DNA of 55,046 nt, from NCBI GenBank assembly GCA_026025795.1, contig JAPEUG010000075.1, positions 1 to 55,046 of the forward strand, in the 5' to 3' direction. Every line of letters starts with the position of its first letter. Within the stretch, counting starts at the first letter, position 1. The notes under the pieces are model-generated. The model did not search any database. It worked only from the letters and a program-made list of their open reading frames with translations, and had not been told where the DNA came from. A program made the translations under genes and the position numbers. Below are positions 24,848-37,794 of the stretch, piece after piece. The stretch comes from Thelocarpon superellum. Its lineage: Eukaryota.

Positions 24848-25954
24848 GACAGCTTCAGATCCGTCGACGTCATCTCACATGCCAGTAAGTAATCGAGGGC
24901 AAGTCATTAGAGAAACAGCAGCTCGACCGAGGCAAGGCACGGGCCGGCGAGTTCTATCGAATTCGTAGTCGTAGGCGCGTGGCTATTGTCGCGTTGCACG
25001 ATTGGTGAAGGAAAGTCGACGACACGCGTGAGAACAAAAAAAGAGCCGCATCGCTTGCACTTGGCACTTTTGTCCTGCGCCTAGAGAAGACGTAACAAAT
25101 CCGGTTAAAGCTGCGAGACTCGACCAACTGACCACTAGGCCCAACTCGGTCCGTCATACGAGCACTATAGTACGGAGGACTCCAGGCTCAAAGGTCATCT
25201 GCAGCGTCGCAGTTTCCACCGCCCCACGGCCCAACGGCCTCGCCAGGGTAGCAAGACGAAGAATCGGGGGAGTTCGTTAGTTTAGTCGAATCATAAGAGA
25301 GCATGGCTTGGACGAGTGCGACCAATCCAAGCAAACCACGCCGTGCGGTGCGTACCTTCCCCGAGAGCTCACCTCGTCTACTAGGTAGGCCGGCTCTAGC
25401 GCCGGTCGCGTGAGGCGACCATTTACTCCTATGCCTTTCATCTCGACCGCCTCGTTCGACGCGATTCGAGGCAAACCGAGGCATCGCAAGCCGCCTCGCC
25501 CTATCTGTTCCGATGCCTGCTTTTCCTGTCCCTTGATGAGGAGGGGCTAGCCATACCGGCTCGACTGCATGGTGACACGGCATTGATGGGTCGGTAGACA
25601 GAGCAGGCTGCCCGGTCCAGGGCGTCGACAAGGACCGGTGTACCATTACTACGCCGATTGCTTACTGCCCGGCACATGTACAAGTATGCTTAGAGCATAC
25701 TTGCGGGCCGTTCAAATGGCGGCCTTGACATACTCTTCCCCCACGTGTGCTGCCCGCCTTCGACTTCAGGGCTGATGGTGCTTATGATGCCCCACGCCCG
25801 GTCGACCAGGCTGAAGGATGCCAGTAAGAGGATAGGAGATATAAAGACTTATTCCGTGATATTGTTTGTGAAAGGGTAGATCATCTCGCTTCCAATTCTT
25901 CAAAATCAACCCGTTGATTTCACTACCCCCGATCGGATCCTCCTGTCGCGAAGA

Positions 25955-26758
25955 ATGGCCAGCAACAGCCTCGAAGGTGGCATCTCCATGGTGGGAGGCG
26001 CCGATGCGGCGGCCGTGGTGAACTATGCTTTGGCGCGATGCCACCCAAACCGCTATTCCTTTCGCAGCCGACGAGAAGAACTCCTAGGCGATCTGCTTGA
26101 GTCATGGCAAGATTTCGAGGCCGCGGTCAAGCGCAGCCGATCCGTCCTCACCCAAGCTCGCTCCACCTCCCTCCGCCAAAGCCTCCGCGACGAGCTCGAG
26201 GAGGCAAAAGATCTCTGTCATCGGCTTATCGGAACCTTGGCTAGCTGCATTCCCGTCGGCTCGGGTGGCCGACTGGCGGAACGCGCCGAGCGCTTCGTCC
26301 GCAACGTCATCAGTCATCCAGACATCAAGGATCTCTTGATCGAGCTGGAGGATATGTCCCAGAGTTTAGCGACTGCAGTATCATACTCTCTCGGCGACCA
26401 AGACTTTCAAGAGACACGTCCGCCTCTTAGTCGAGCGGGCCATTACAGCGACGACTCGGAATATGGTCGGGAAGACGACTATACTCGTCATCGATATGCT
26501 TCCTCGGCCGGTCGCTGTTCTCCTCTTCGACGACCCTCGTACGATGACGGCCCCTATCGCGAGACTTGTTTCCGCGATACCGCCTACCGTGACAGCTCCT
26601 ATGGCCCCCCCACCAGTTCATCGCCCCTCGGAGGATCTCCACGAGTCATTCTCGTTGCCCCTCGCCACGCCTCACAAGACTACGCTACACCAAGAGCCTC
26701 GGCGTACCACTCCAGTATCCCCGGCTACACTCAGATGCGAAGGTCTCACCACTACTAG
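25955..26758 (+). CDS. Hypothetical protein, 267 aa: N-terminal amphipathic helical bundle (possibly HeLo/HELL-like) plus disordered S/R/Y/D/P-rich tail
   Basis: Single long ORF with good start context (agaATGg); heptad-like Leu pattern over residues about 35-145; family call is inference only. Confidence 0.7.
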   Translation: MASNSLEGGISMVGGADAAAVVNYALARCHPNRYSFRSRREELLGDLLESWQDFEAAVKRSRSVLTQARSTSLRQSLRDELEEAKDLCHRLIGTLASCIPVGSGGRLAERAERFVRNVISHPDIKDLLIELEDMSQSLATAVSYSLGDQDFQETRPPLSRAGHYSDDSEYGREDDYTRHRYASSAGRCSPLRRPSYDDGPYRETCFRDTAYRDSSYGPPTSSSPLGGSPRVILVAPRHASQDYATPRASAYHSSIPGYTQMRRSHHY

Positions 26759-27458
26759 TCAATACAGCAGCATTGAGTCCACGATGACGACGACGACGAC
26801 GATTATGAATGACGGATTTGGCTTACGAATGTTCGACTATGAATCATGACAGCGCACAGATTTCACCGATTGAGACTACTAGCCAGGAGTACTAGCTCTC
26901 AAACGTCCTGTATACAGAGAATACCTGCTTTCAAATGTTGTGTAGACAACCACTGTCAGGTAGAAAGCAATTTCACATAGGTCCTAGCTCTAAAAGCGCG
27001 AAGCTCCATATAAAAGATCTTTTGAATTGTACGTCGCTCGAGCTTATAGGATGGCAGTTATCCGCCTCGATCAGCGTACCAGCGGCTTATTGAAACGAAA
27101 TTGACGGCTAGACTTATGAGGCTATGCAGCCTGAATACAGTCTTACAGTCTCCATTGTCTAATCGTAAATGAAAGAGTAGCGGGTCTACTTTGGTCCGAC
27201 AGCGGAGGTTTGCCGTACTTGGAAGTGCATATATGTCGGGGCCAGCGATCACGGCGCAGGTACATAGGATGATATCAGCCCGGAACGGGGAGCGGACGAG
27301 GCGGAAGTTCAAGCAACCATTGCCATTGCGGTGTATCTTGGCATCAAGCATCAAGACGAAAAGGGACCAAACGCCGTGAAGAACGCCCACGCTGACCGCT
27401 CGGATCGGGCCGTACCAATAGTCAATCATGATATCCCAAGGTATCCTAAAGACGCTCC

Positions 27459-28829
27459 TCACGCCGAAAATGCCCGGTCTAGAACCCTCAACGCCCTAAC
27501 ATCCTCTCCAAATCCTAATTTCTCGCTCGGAATTTCCTGAGGCTCTTTTACGGGGCGTGTGCCGCCTGGACTCCGGCTTCCAGCTCGGCTGCCACTCCGG
27601 TCACTCATGGAGTCGGTCCGGTCGGCTGCGCTTCCATTCATCAGCGCCCCGATACTTGGGATGGTGCTCGCCGACGCCCCAGTGTCCCTCGAGGTATGGC
27701 CGTCGAGGTAGTCGGCCGGCGGCGTAAGTGCGTCGCCCGTGGATCCTGACAATGCCATCAGGCGGGGATCAATCTTGGATCCTTGCTCGGCTGCATGCTG
27801 GGCTGCGAGCGCCGCCTGTGCGATCCGCGGAGAGGTGTGTGGGAGGTAGGGCGGCAACGGTCCCGATCCGCTGGATGATGCGGAATCCCGATGACGACGA
27901 GCTGGGGGTGGAGGAGGGGGGAGGGCGCTATCAGACTGCGCCGTAGACGCGCGGTCGTAGGCGGCGAGCATCGAGCCGCTGATGGCTGGTGGAGGCGTCT
28001 GACTGTACGATAATGGCGACGCGGTCGCGCTTCCTCCGTTCGGAGCCGCCAGCTGCGGGGAAGATGTGTACGGCGCACCGGCGTACGTCGGTGGTGGAGC
28101 CCCCGTGGCACCCGATGACCACGCATAGCCTTGATGGCCGGCGTAATTGTGAGGCTGGCTGGAGCCGGGTCGTGCGTAGGACGAAGGACCAGATAGAGCT
28201 GGAAGAGCTGACGCATAGGAGGCTGGGGCAATAGCATTTACGACGGGAGCGTTCTGTTGCTCGTGGACCGTCGATTCTGGGTACATGCCTTTCTGAGGCC
28301 GGATGTGACGGAGGCTGGTATCATTGGTGGGTTGGTGGAGGCTAGGGGCGGCCGGATGAGAGCGCGAGTAGTAGCTGATGAGGTGGAGATGCTGACTGGT
28401 GGACGTGGTGATGCTGAAGGACTGCTTCATGAGGCCATCGGGCTTGTAACGATAGCCATCGGGCCCATCATCCGCCATGTCAACATCGGAGTCACTTCCC
28501 TTGGTGCTGCCGGGGCTTTTGCCGGCCTTGCCGCGGGCCGCGCTCGTCGAGTTCAACGCTGATCCACCTCGCTTCCCCTCCATCTCGCGGTACGTCAGGA
28601 AGCTGCCCGATACTCGGCTTGCGCTCCAGGATTTGCCATCTGTCCACCGTCTCATCCCCGCCTCCCGCTCATCCCAGACGAAGACGGAACCCGACTGGAT
28701 GGACTGTCGTTCCTTCTCTGACAACCGCCGCTGCACGCGTGGCAGCAGGCCCAGGCGGCAGGCCTCGAAGAGGATAATAGCGTCGGCGGGCGTGCGGACG
28801 TGCCCATGGTACGTCTCCATGCTTCCCAT
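27459..28829 (-). CDS. PAC2: Gti1/Pac2 (WOPR) family regulator, Pac2 subtype
   Basis: METYHGHVRTPADAIILFEACRLGLLPRVQRRLSEKERQSI..RRWTDGKSWSASRVSGSFLTYRE and YKPDGLMKQSFS..HLISYY; start at ATG 28829 or 28820. Confidence 0.92.
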   Translation of the reverse strand: MGSMETYHGHVRTPADAIILFEACRLGLLPRVQRRLSEKERQSIQSGSVFVWDEREAGMRRWTDGKSWSASRVSGSFLTYREMEGKRGGSALNSTSAARGKAGKSPGSTKGSDSDVDMADDGPDGYRYKPDGLMKQSFSITTSTSQHLHLISYYSRSHPAAPSLHQPTNDTSLRHIRPQKGMYPESTVHEQQNAPVVNAIAPASYASALPALSGPSSYARPGSSQPHNYAGHQGYAWSSGATGAPPPTYAGAPYTSSPQLAAPNGGSATASPLSYSQTPPPAISGSMLAAYDRASTAQSDSALPPPPPPARRHRDSASSSGSGPLPPYLPHTSPRIAQAALAAQHAAEQGSKIDPRLMALSGSTGDALTPPADYLDGHTSRDTGASASTIPSIGALMNGSAADRTDSMSDRSGSRAGSRSPGGTRPVKEPQEIPSEKLGFGEDVRALRVLDRAFSA

Positions 28830-31800
28830 CGCCACGGTCGGACGCTGGGTCAGGTGGGTGGGAGGTGGGTAGGCCAGGGGATCAGGCGCGTGCGACGATG
28901 GTCGACGTCCGCGAGAGCCTGGCGGCAGCCGGGGCTCGTGCCTGCGTTCCTCGCCCGCGCGCGTCCACGCGGAATCGACGAGGCCGCCGGAAAGATTCGA
29001 TCCACCCTGCCGGGTGATGGTAAGCATTGGGAATGATATTGAGCGCGCTCTTCCCCACACGACGGGACGATAGGGATGATCCGTGAGGATCCGAGCACGT
29101 CAAATAATAGGTTTGGCCTCTGATCGCCTGGGTGGGACAGAGTTTAAAGGCTTTAACCTTTGCCAACGACCTTGACTGGCGGGCTGGGGATAGGTATGCG
29201 CATGGGTGACACAGGCACTCGAAACAAGTGACGCTGCTGGAGCACGCAAGATTGAGTTCAAAATAGTAATCGAGGCTATGCTTACCAGTTGAAACGTCCC
29301 CGAGGCAGACGTTCGCCCAGGCACGGAGCGTTGCAACAGACAACTGGCACTCGCCGGCAGACGACTGCCACACTCGGCCGGACGATGGCCGACCCAGAGC
29401 CGGCCGGACTGGTCTGTAGAAAAGCCGTTTCAATGCTCGTGGCTGTTGTGGTCGCAGTGGTGTTTCACTATGTTGGGGCCCTTTCATTGACAAGCATCGG
29501 CAAATTTGAAAGCGGTGACCAGGATGGTTTGAGGTCGGCGTCTCAGGCTTGGGGGCCGACGGTGGCACAGTCCACGTATGGTCCGCACGGCCCGGTACGC
29601 TCAGCTGCTCAACTACCGGGAGATGGCATTGATGGCACGTGGAAGTGCCGCATGAGATGACGCTCCCAGAGTCCCGTCGAGGAGAACGGGTGGAGCGACA
29701 CGAGTTGGATCGATTAAGTGATGGAACGGCGGGTCCAGCTCGTCTGTCCGCTTACTTGTACTTCCTACGTTACGGGTACGGGTACGGGGACAACACGGCG
29801 CTCTATCCGAGGTCTTGGCGGCCCTGCTCATTCCCTCGCATGGCAGCAGGAAGGGGCCGGGCAGCGTTGGGATGGGAGAGACGGTGGGGATGCAGGACAA
29901 AGGTGGCCCAGGGTGCTTGTCACAGGTAAGATCCACCGGCGAACGTGCGACACTTCCATGTACCATTGAATGGGAACTTATGCGCGACAGTTTTTGATAT
30001 GTCCCGAATGTTTACGCAGCTCCGAGCCGGCGAAAATCCGCAGGTCGAGCGGTGCGTTATGGGCATGATTGTCGACTCAACTGGGCCGACAGTAACAAAA
30101 CGCTCGGGTTGACAAGCCAATGCAAATGCATTCCGCGCCGACCGATCAAGGCGACATTGGCACCACGGCATTTAGTGGGCAGGTACCTGTCTCCGGGTAC
30201 TACCCACTCGCATCTCGCGGGCTACTCGCGCTAGTCACGGTGATTAGCGGTCGCACCGGCAGACGGTGCTTTCCTGACCAGGGTGGGGCCGGAGGTGTGG
30301 CGCCCCTCTGACATGACTTTATCGCTAATCGAGCGGTAGCTTTGCGTGGCTTGAGCGCTTTTCCTACCAAGTTGAGGCAGGGTATCTCATGCGTTCACCT
30401 TTCCTCGAACCGAGGCTGGGATCTTCCTCACCACATTTGGTCCCCTGCCTTCGGACTTTCCACAAGGCCGCCATATCTTGGACGAACAAAGTACTTTCGA
30501 CATGTATGACTGGCGGTGCTGAATGACACTGGCACATCATGATGAACCCATCAGGAGCAAGGGGCACCCTGCACGGCAGGTAGGGTGCCGTTCTGGTGGT
30601 ACGGGGTGGGATCCAGACCACCTCTTGTCCATACCGTCTTCGCCCCGTAGGACCTAGCATGTACGATGTAGTTATCATCTCCTCTGGTACTTGGACGTTC
30701 CACACTCATCTCCTCCCCGTCGCCACTCGTCCCCGCCAGTCCTGCTGCGAGTCGAGACAGCGCGCGATAAAGTTCCAGGCACACGAAATCAGTCAGCGTA
30801 GCTCGCTACGCTATGTCCAGGCTGATCGGTATGGCAAAATCCTCGACAGACAAAGCGCCAGGACGGGACTTCATGTCCAACCCGGGCCCAGCCCTTCAAC
30901 ATGGTTAGTCGCTACGGAGGACCGCTACGACTTGGCTAGTCGCGACAGAGTGGAGGACGAGGCACGAGTACGGCGCATGGCCGGGCGTAGTCAGCCGGCC
31001 GGGAGAGGGGGCTAGGCACGGGCGCGCTGACGAGACCATCCCTTGGTCGAGGTACGCGATAGCAGGTACCACGATACGAGGACGCGCTACGGACAAATGA
31101 CCAGCCCCCAGCCCGCTCTAGGCATCCCTCCTAACGGTTAGTGACGGGCGATGGTCCCTCCACCGCGCTTTCCTGGAGCCGTTCGCCACCCCTCCCTGTC
31201 CGGCGTCGAGCGTCGCACCCGCTTGTTGGTCGGCCCTGCATCCACCGATGCTGCAGCCGTGGTGGGGAGCTTGGGGGGAGGTCAGGTCCCTTCGGCCAGC
31301 GTGTTACTTGCCGCTGCCGCTGCCGCTTTCTTGGGCGACATGAGGCCTGCCCTACCGGCCGGCCGACCAGTTAACTGGCCAACCAGTCCGTCAGTCAGCC
31401 CACCAGCCAGCCAGCCCCTCGTAATCATAGCCAGACCTTGTAAGTCGATGTTGCTTGCGGCGCAACGCGTCCCTCAGCAACGGTTCCAGAACAACGGCTA
31501 GCATCCTGATCTTCCCTCCTTTCCTCGACTCCTCCTGCCATCTTTCGTCCCAGACCCGTCCGTGACCCCTCCCTTCTATCCCCGCCGACCAAGTGCTCCG
31601 ACACGAGCCGCATCTCGGGGACCACCCCGCTATCGCTTCCACTCCGTCGCCTAGCCACGATACCTACCCGCAACCCGATCGGCCGTAGACGCCGCCCACT
31701 GCGTCGCCGCTGGTGGCGACCTGACCTCACGTCGGCATACCCGCCCTTCCGCTGCCCTTCTAAACCGCCCTTCCGCTCGACCTAACGCCCATCATCGTTG

Positions 31801-32065
31801 CGCCAGCACCACCGCCAAACAGGCGCAGGCCATTCCACTAATGATTAACGACCCGACCCGTTCGCCAGGGCATCACCGCAGCGCGCCCGTGGACTGGATC
31901 GACCGCCGCGCTGATCGGTCATTGTGAGCATCGCTTCCATCGTCCAGATCGATCGACATTTGTTTCGTCGATCATTCTTTGGACCATCCGCTGTCCGCGC
32001 CATCACCCGTGCACCGATCGCACCCGGCTGACCGTCTCACTCCTCACGACAACCATCTCGGCGTC

Positions 32066-34374
32066 ATGGCGGGCTTTCAGGCTGTAAACGCCAGTCTCAC
32101 GACCGAGGGCCATGTTCACGGCCCCTATACCGAAGCCACGACGCCCACGACGCCACGACCTAATATCCCCTCGACCTCTACTACCCAAGCTCAACCGGCG
32201 GGACGAGCGGATGAATCGTCTCCAAACACCCCAACCCGGGACAGCTTTGGGGGCGTCTCCGGTCAGCGACCTTTACCCACGGAATCCTTCGCCGCACCGT
32301 CAACGCCGCAGAACACTAACGGCAAGCGGATGAGCACCGACGAGAGCTTCTTGACGCCGCAAAGCTCACATCGCAATTCGATCCACTCCCGGGATTCGCA
32401 CGATGTAGACATGGATGATTCGGAGGATGACCAGGAAGAATCAGATGATGAAAGTCTAGGGGGTGATCCGGGTCGGCCGTCGAAGAAGAAGAAGGGGCAA
32501 CGTTTCTTCTGCACCGACTTTCCTCCCTGCACCCTAAGCTTCACTCGCAGTGAGCATCTTGCCCGGCACATTCGGTAAGCTTGACCCATTCGAGCCTCAC
32601 TCGGGATTCCTCCTAAGTGATGACGCGATAGGAAACACACCGGTGAACGACCATTTCAATGTCATTGCGCTCGACGGTTCTCCCGACTCGACAACCTCCG
32701 CCAGCATGCGCAGACGGTGCACGTCAACGAAGATATTCCAACTGATTCACTTGCTGCCACGGGGACCCGCTTTCAGCGGCAGGTGCGGACGGACCGGGTG
32801 CGGACTCCTGGCAGCCGCTCGCGCGCCTCGACCGTGGGCAGTCAGTCCGGCCACAGCCGAGGGCACTCCAGAAACCTGTCGACGTCCAGCATCGGCTCCG
32901 CGGTGTCCAATATGGGGGCGCGGGACGACATCCGGCGACGTCCGCCTCCGTTGATCATGGCCAATGAGCCATCATCTCGCGCGAGGCTCTCCATCGAGAC
33001 ATTCCGGTCTCCGCCGGATAGCCCGGGCACCCGTGAGCTCCATTATCGCGGATACCCCACGCAGTCCCCGGGTACCTTGGGCACCCCAACCTCGGCCACC
33101 TTCTCAACGGGCCCTGGTAGCCCACGATTTCCGTCAGGCATGCACTCGCCGTCCTCCACCGTGTCGCGGCCATCGAATGTATGGAGCCCACGAGCGTCAG
33201 GTCGGCGTCTGTCCGTGCCGTCAGGGGCAAATCCCTTCCAGTCTCCCCACGCAAATCCACAAGCGCCTCCCTATTTCAGCCCGTTGACTCCATCCAATGG
33301 ATCGACCTACTCCGGTCATGGCAGCATGTTTGGTAGCCCAACCAGCTCCATATTCTCCAACGGCAACGATTTGGCCGCCCGGACGGCCCAAGAAGGCGAA
33401 TTCAAACGACGCACGTGGCATCCCGAGTCCCGCACAACCTTCAACAGCCCCTTGGCCAATAGCTCGATCGCCTATCAGCAGTCTCCCGTGAGCCGGCCAG
33501 TGTTTCCACACAGCCATTCTTCAGGCCTCGGCACTCGCCTGCCAGGCATCGAAAGCTTCGACCAGGTGAATCGACGCCCAAACACCCCTCCACGACGCGG
33601 TCCAAGTCCTATGCAGATCGACATGCCGCTTCGGCCCACGGCCTTCTCTGGTCTTGTTGAGCGCTCGACGACCGGTCCAGATGATCGTCGTGGGGTTCCT
33701 GAGTGGGATATGTCACTCCATCGCAACCTCACGAGGCTCGACATTACGACTTCAACGCCTCCAACAGAAACGACGGCTATTTGGCCTCAGCAGGCGCGGG
33801 CTGATCCAGAGCCACCGACGCGGCAGGAACAGGCCTTCCGGGCACCGCAACCTCACCCTCATCCGCCACCGGGCCCAACCGCCACCGCGCCGACGGCGCC
33901 ACGTCCGGTCTCAGATCGCGACTCGCAAGGCAAATCTCCCGAAACGCCTCGAAAGAGCAAACGTCATGGTTGGTACAATGGGCCGATCCGCCCGGCGGCG
34001 GAAGTCGTGGCGCAACGTACTTCGCCGGAAGACTCAAGTAGTAGTGAAGGGGTCCCGACGCCTTCGACGTCATCGATCGTTGATTGCAACCCCTCCATCG
34101 TGCACAGCAACGGTTGGGTGGAGTCCAACTCCGGCGTGACCGCCGTTGAGCCGCACCATGTATGTACCCCGACAGGAACGTGGGCCAGAATGACATGACT
34201 GATGACGTACAGACATATCCGGTGGACGGTAGCCACGGTGGAGCCTATCCCCTTCCGCAAGCGGGATCCAACACGACTACAGTCTCGCAAGCAGACACCC
34301 CTAAGGGCGAGGGTGACATGGGGCGATTGGAGGCGCTCGTGGCCGCGGCCACGAGCGAGGGCAAGGCGACGTAG
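32066..34374 (+). CDS. nsdC: C2H2 zinc-finger transcription factor, NsdC/Usv1-like
   Basis: Exons 32066-32574, 32632-34159, 34213-34374. Fingers [55 protein letters not shown]-terminal [15 protein letters not shown]. Confidence 0.85.
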
Positions 34375-34863
34375 ACATCACTCGGCAACGAGACCACGAT
34401 TTCCTTGGTACATCTTACGAATTTTCATGATACATCGGACTGAGGATCTTCACGGGCGACGAGCGCGATCATTTTCTCCGTGGCTTGGGACGAGTAACGC
34501 GGCGGACGCTCGCAAGCAGATTCAGGCGGATTAGGCATCCGAGGTCTTCTCCGTACGACTTCCTGTGCTGGTGTTAATCGGCGCCATTGTCGCTGCGGCT
34601 ACAGCTTGTATCTCACGTGGTCTTCGGCTTCGTGTATGCTACCTAGGGTCTTACAGGGCTCATGGATCGGGCCGGCTGTGTCTGGTATATTGAACTCCAA
34701 CGATTGGGAGCACGTGCACCCGTACGGCCCTGTACCTACCTCCTTTCAATCAACCCCTTTTGAAGCAGAACGGCAAATGTCTCAAGGGCACGTCATCACA
34801 CATGGATGAATGTTGAATATGCTAGCGGTATGTACAAGGCCAGGCCCACTGATTTCACCCTCG

Positions 34864-35508
34864 TTAGAGACATTCCAGGCTCGCTAGGTGCCTGTTTCCT
34901 AGGTCCACATCTCCACTCCCAATGCGAAACCAGAAGAACCCCTCGCGCCATTTCTCGCCGTGTAATCTGTGCAGATCTGCTTGACGTGCATCATTGCCAG
35001 TATGCCGGGTATGAATGACGCAGACAGCGTCGATCGCCTCCTGGAATGGGACTTGGCTCGATGCCGGGTGCGTGTTGCGCTGGACGTGGTGCATGCGAAC
35101 GCTGACAGCATGCGCCGGGATCGAGCCCGACTCTAGCAGGAGCGTCGGTCATTCTTGTTCATGAACTCCCATGTGAAGATTTGTAGAGATCCTCATACCT
35201 GCGGTCACCTTCTGCTGGAATGGAATCTCGCGGTACAGCCGCTCAAGTCGGCCTTGGCCGTGTGAAATTTCGAAAGAGATGCCAACAGTGACGTCGCCCG
35301 CCACGGGTTTTGATGCATCGATCTTGGGATGTTTGGTGTCCAACGGTCCGGCCTATGACTTGGCATCAGTTCCGACTCGTCTCTTTGTCGCGCGCCCTTG
35401 TTGGCCAAGACCTACCTGCGTCGCGCCAGACGCTGGCCAGGGCATGACCAGCGCCTCGACCAGACCAAAGGCCAAGACTATAAACACGGCGTAGTAATGG
35501 CGAAACAT
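34864..35508 (-). CDS. Small secreted hypothetical protein, 171 aa, 3 exons
   Basis: Exons 35508-35416, 35352-35199, 35132-34864 join in frame through introns GTAGGT..ACTGAT..TAG (63 nt) and GTATGA..TAG (66 nt, weak branch site); signal-peptide-like N-terminus MFRHYYAVFIVLAFGLVEA. Confidence 0.75.
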
Positions 35509-36566
35509 TTTGTCTCTGCTCCACGACACATGAAGTGGTATTCTACGAATGAATCGGAGGAGGTGCGAGCCTCTGATAGATAAAGGCAGACAGATAGCCA
35601 AGCTCCGCTTACAGAGGGGCTCGCGCTGAATGAGCAGTCTTCAGCTGGTCGCTCGTGAAATGCAAGGAGATATGTAGTTCACCAGTGCCGGAACCGTCGT
35701 ACGCCATGTAACCTCGCATTAGGTTGGAGGGGCATTTTCGGTGTTCTTGGCGTAGGCTGAGTGTCTACATGCCCAGTAATAGCAACCTCGCCGGATTCGG
35801 GAACGAAGAGCCGATAAGGCTGGGCGGTAGGTGGGGTCAGGTCAAGTGGGGTCGCAACGGTGGCGTAGCTGAGTTGGAATTGCTGCGCGGTTCTGGCTCA
35901 GCTTGAGCGCTGACCGCCTCAACGGCGGACTCTGGGACAGCTTGACCAACACTTTCGCCTACCGACCGGGTGCGGCCTGAATGCCCACTTGGGCTTTGTA
36001 TCTCGCTTTCGCAAGCAGTACAAACAGTCACCCAGGTACGGATGGAATGGAGCCGGAAATGTCACACTCTTCCGTGCCTCGCTAGCGAACAAACTCTTGC
36101 GGCATGCTCGCCCTCTATTCTTGTTCCGCTAGGCATCCAGCGATCAAACCTATTGATAAAAAATATCTCGGGGAGCCACTGCCGACTGAGAATCTGAGAA
36201 GACGATCTGTAGTACCGTAACGCCCATGCGCCCAAGGATGCAGCTGTAGCTATTGTTAAACACGGACCGTTCGCTCCGCCCTTTTGCCAAGAAGCGCCGC
36301 ACCATTGCACCGCCTACCGAGGCGATCGTGGGTGCTCAAGCGAGAGGAACAATCCGGCATGAGTACGAGTACGAGTGCGAGTCATTGCGCGGAGCGATCG
36401 GGTCAGCAAAGGACCTCATTTGGCTGAGGGTGTGACAGCATTTTCCCCGTCCCTGATCTATGATGTGACATCGATGAGCCTCCAAACTCGCGCTCTCTCC
36501 TTGCTGCGACCACCTGGTCGTGGCGTGCGCGCTGCACCTCCATCGAGAGTCTGCTCATACTCTCTT

Positions 36567-37794
36567 CTAGTACACGATCTCGTTGTTGGCAACATCAAGA
36601 GTCTCATCAGTCACAACGACGAGTTTGTAACCCGATACCTCCTCGTTTTTAAGCCTTCGCAACCCTTCTTCGACTCCGGCGAGCCCACCCCGGATCGTTT
36701 CATAGCGGATAGGCTTGATCACCTGAGTCTGCAAGGCCCAAGTGATGTAATCCATCAGCTGCTGGCCGTAGGCGGGATCTTCGTGGAACTTCTTGACCAA
36801 AATGTCCTGAATCACAATGCCAGGTGCAACGGTATGTAAGCCTGTCAGATCAGGCTTGCGCACTAGACACACCAATTTGCCTCCTTCCTTCAGTGCCTGG
36901 GCCGCCCATCCCGCCGTTTCCGCTCCCACGCAGTCGATTGCGAGGCCTATTCCTAGCTGTCTGGCGGTTGCGGCAGCTTCGTCTGGCTGGTGGCGATCAA
37001 GGACGAGATCGGCCCCCAAACCCGCCAAATAAGGCGCGTTGTGTCGACTCGCAACGGCGGCCACGCGCAGGCCTGCTTGTTTGCTGAGCTGCACGGCCAT
37101 GCTTCCGGTCACACACGATCCACCCCAGATGAGAATCCACGGCAGCGCAGACGTGGCCACGCTGTCAACACCATCGGCATCTCGTCCACATTCTGCTGTG
37201 TCTGTTGCGGTCTGTGGAGAAAGGCCCAAGACGTCGAAGATGGCGCCTGCCGCGGCAACTGAACCCACTCCTACTGTGACGCCCTCCTCAAAGCTCATCC
37301 ACTCAGGGATACGGCAGACGTTGAAAGGGAAGGCCACGACGTACTACAACCACTCGGGTCAGCCTGACTGACGTTCACAACACCACACCACACCACACCA
37401 CACGACCGTATCGGGGCCAACTCACCTCTTGAAACGTGGAAGTCCTGATGTCGCGGTAGTTGGTACTGGTCACCAAGACTCGATCTCCCTTCGCGACACT
37501 TGAGACGTCTGCTCCCACCTGCACCACGGTGCCCGCGGCTTCACGGCCGCTGACCCACGGTATGGAGTGCACGCCGAATCCATAGGTGACACATTTCCAG
37601 TCGATGGGGTTCAGGCCAATGGCGTGAGTCCTGACCAAGACCTCGTTCGGCGAGAAGGATGGTCGTGGCCAATCGTGGACAACTGTGTAGGGACCTTTCC
37701 TTGAATGGAGAATTGCCGCTTTCGATACCGGTGCGAGAGGGAGGACGATATCTTTTTCCAACGTGGCTGCGGTCGTGCTCAGAAGGCTGGCCAT
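36567..37794 (-). CDS. MDR-superfamily NAD(P)H oxidoreductase, Zn-independent (enoyl/quinone reductase-like)
   Basis: Exons 37794-37426 and 37343-36567. EVLVRTHAIGLNPIDWK, GREAAG in place of the Zn-binding GHE, Rossmann ILIWGGSCVTG, C-terminal VSGYKLVV. Confidence 0.88.
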
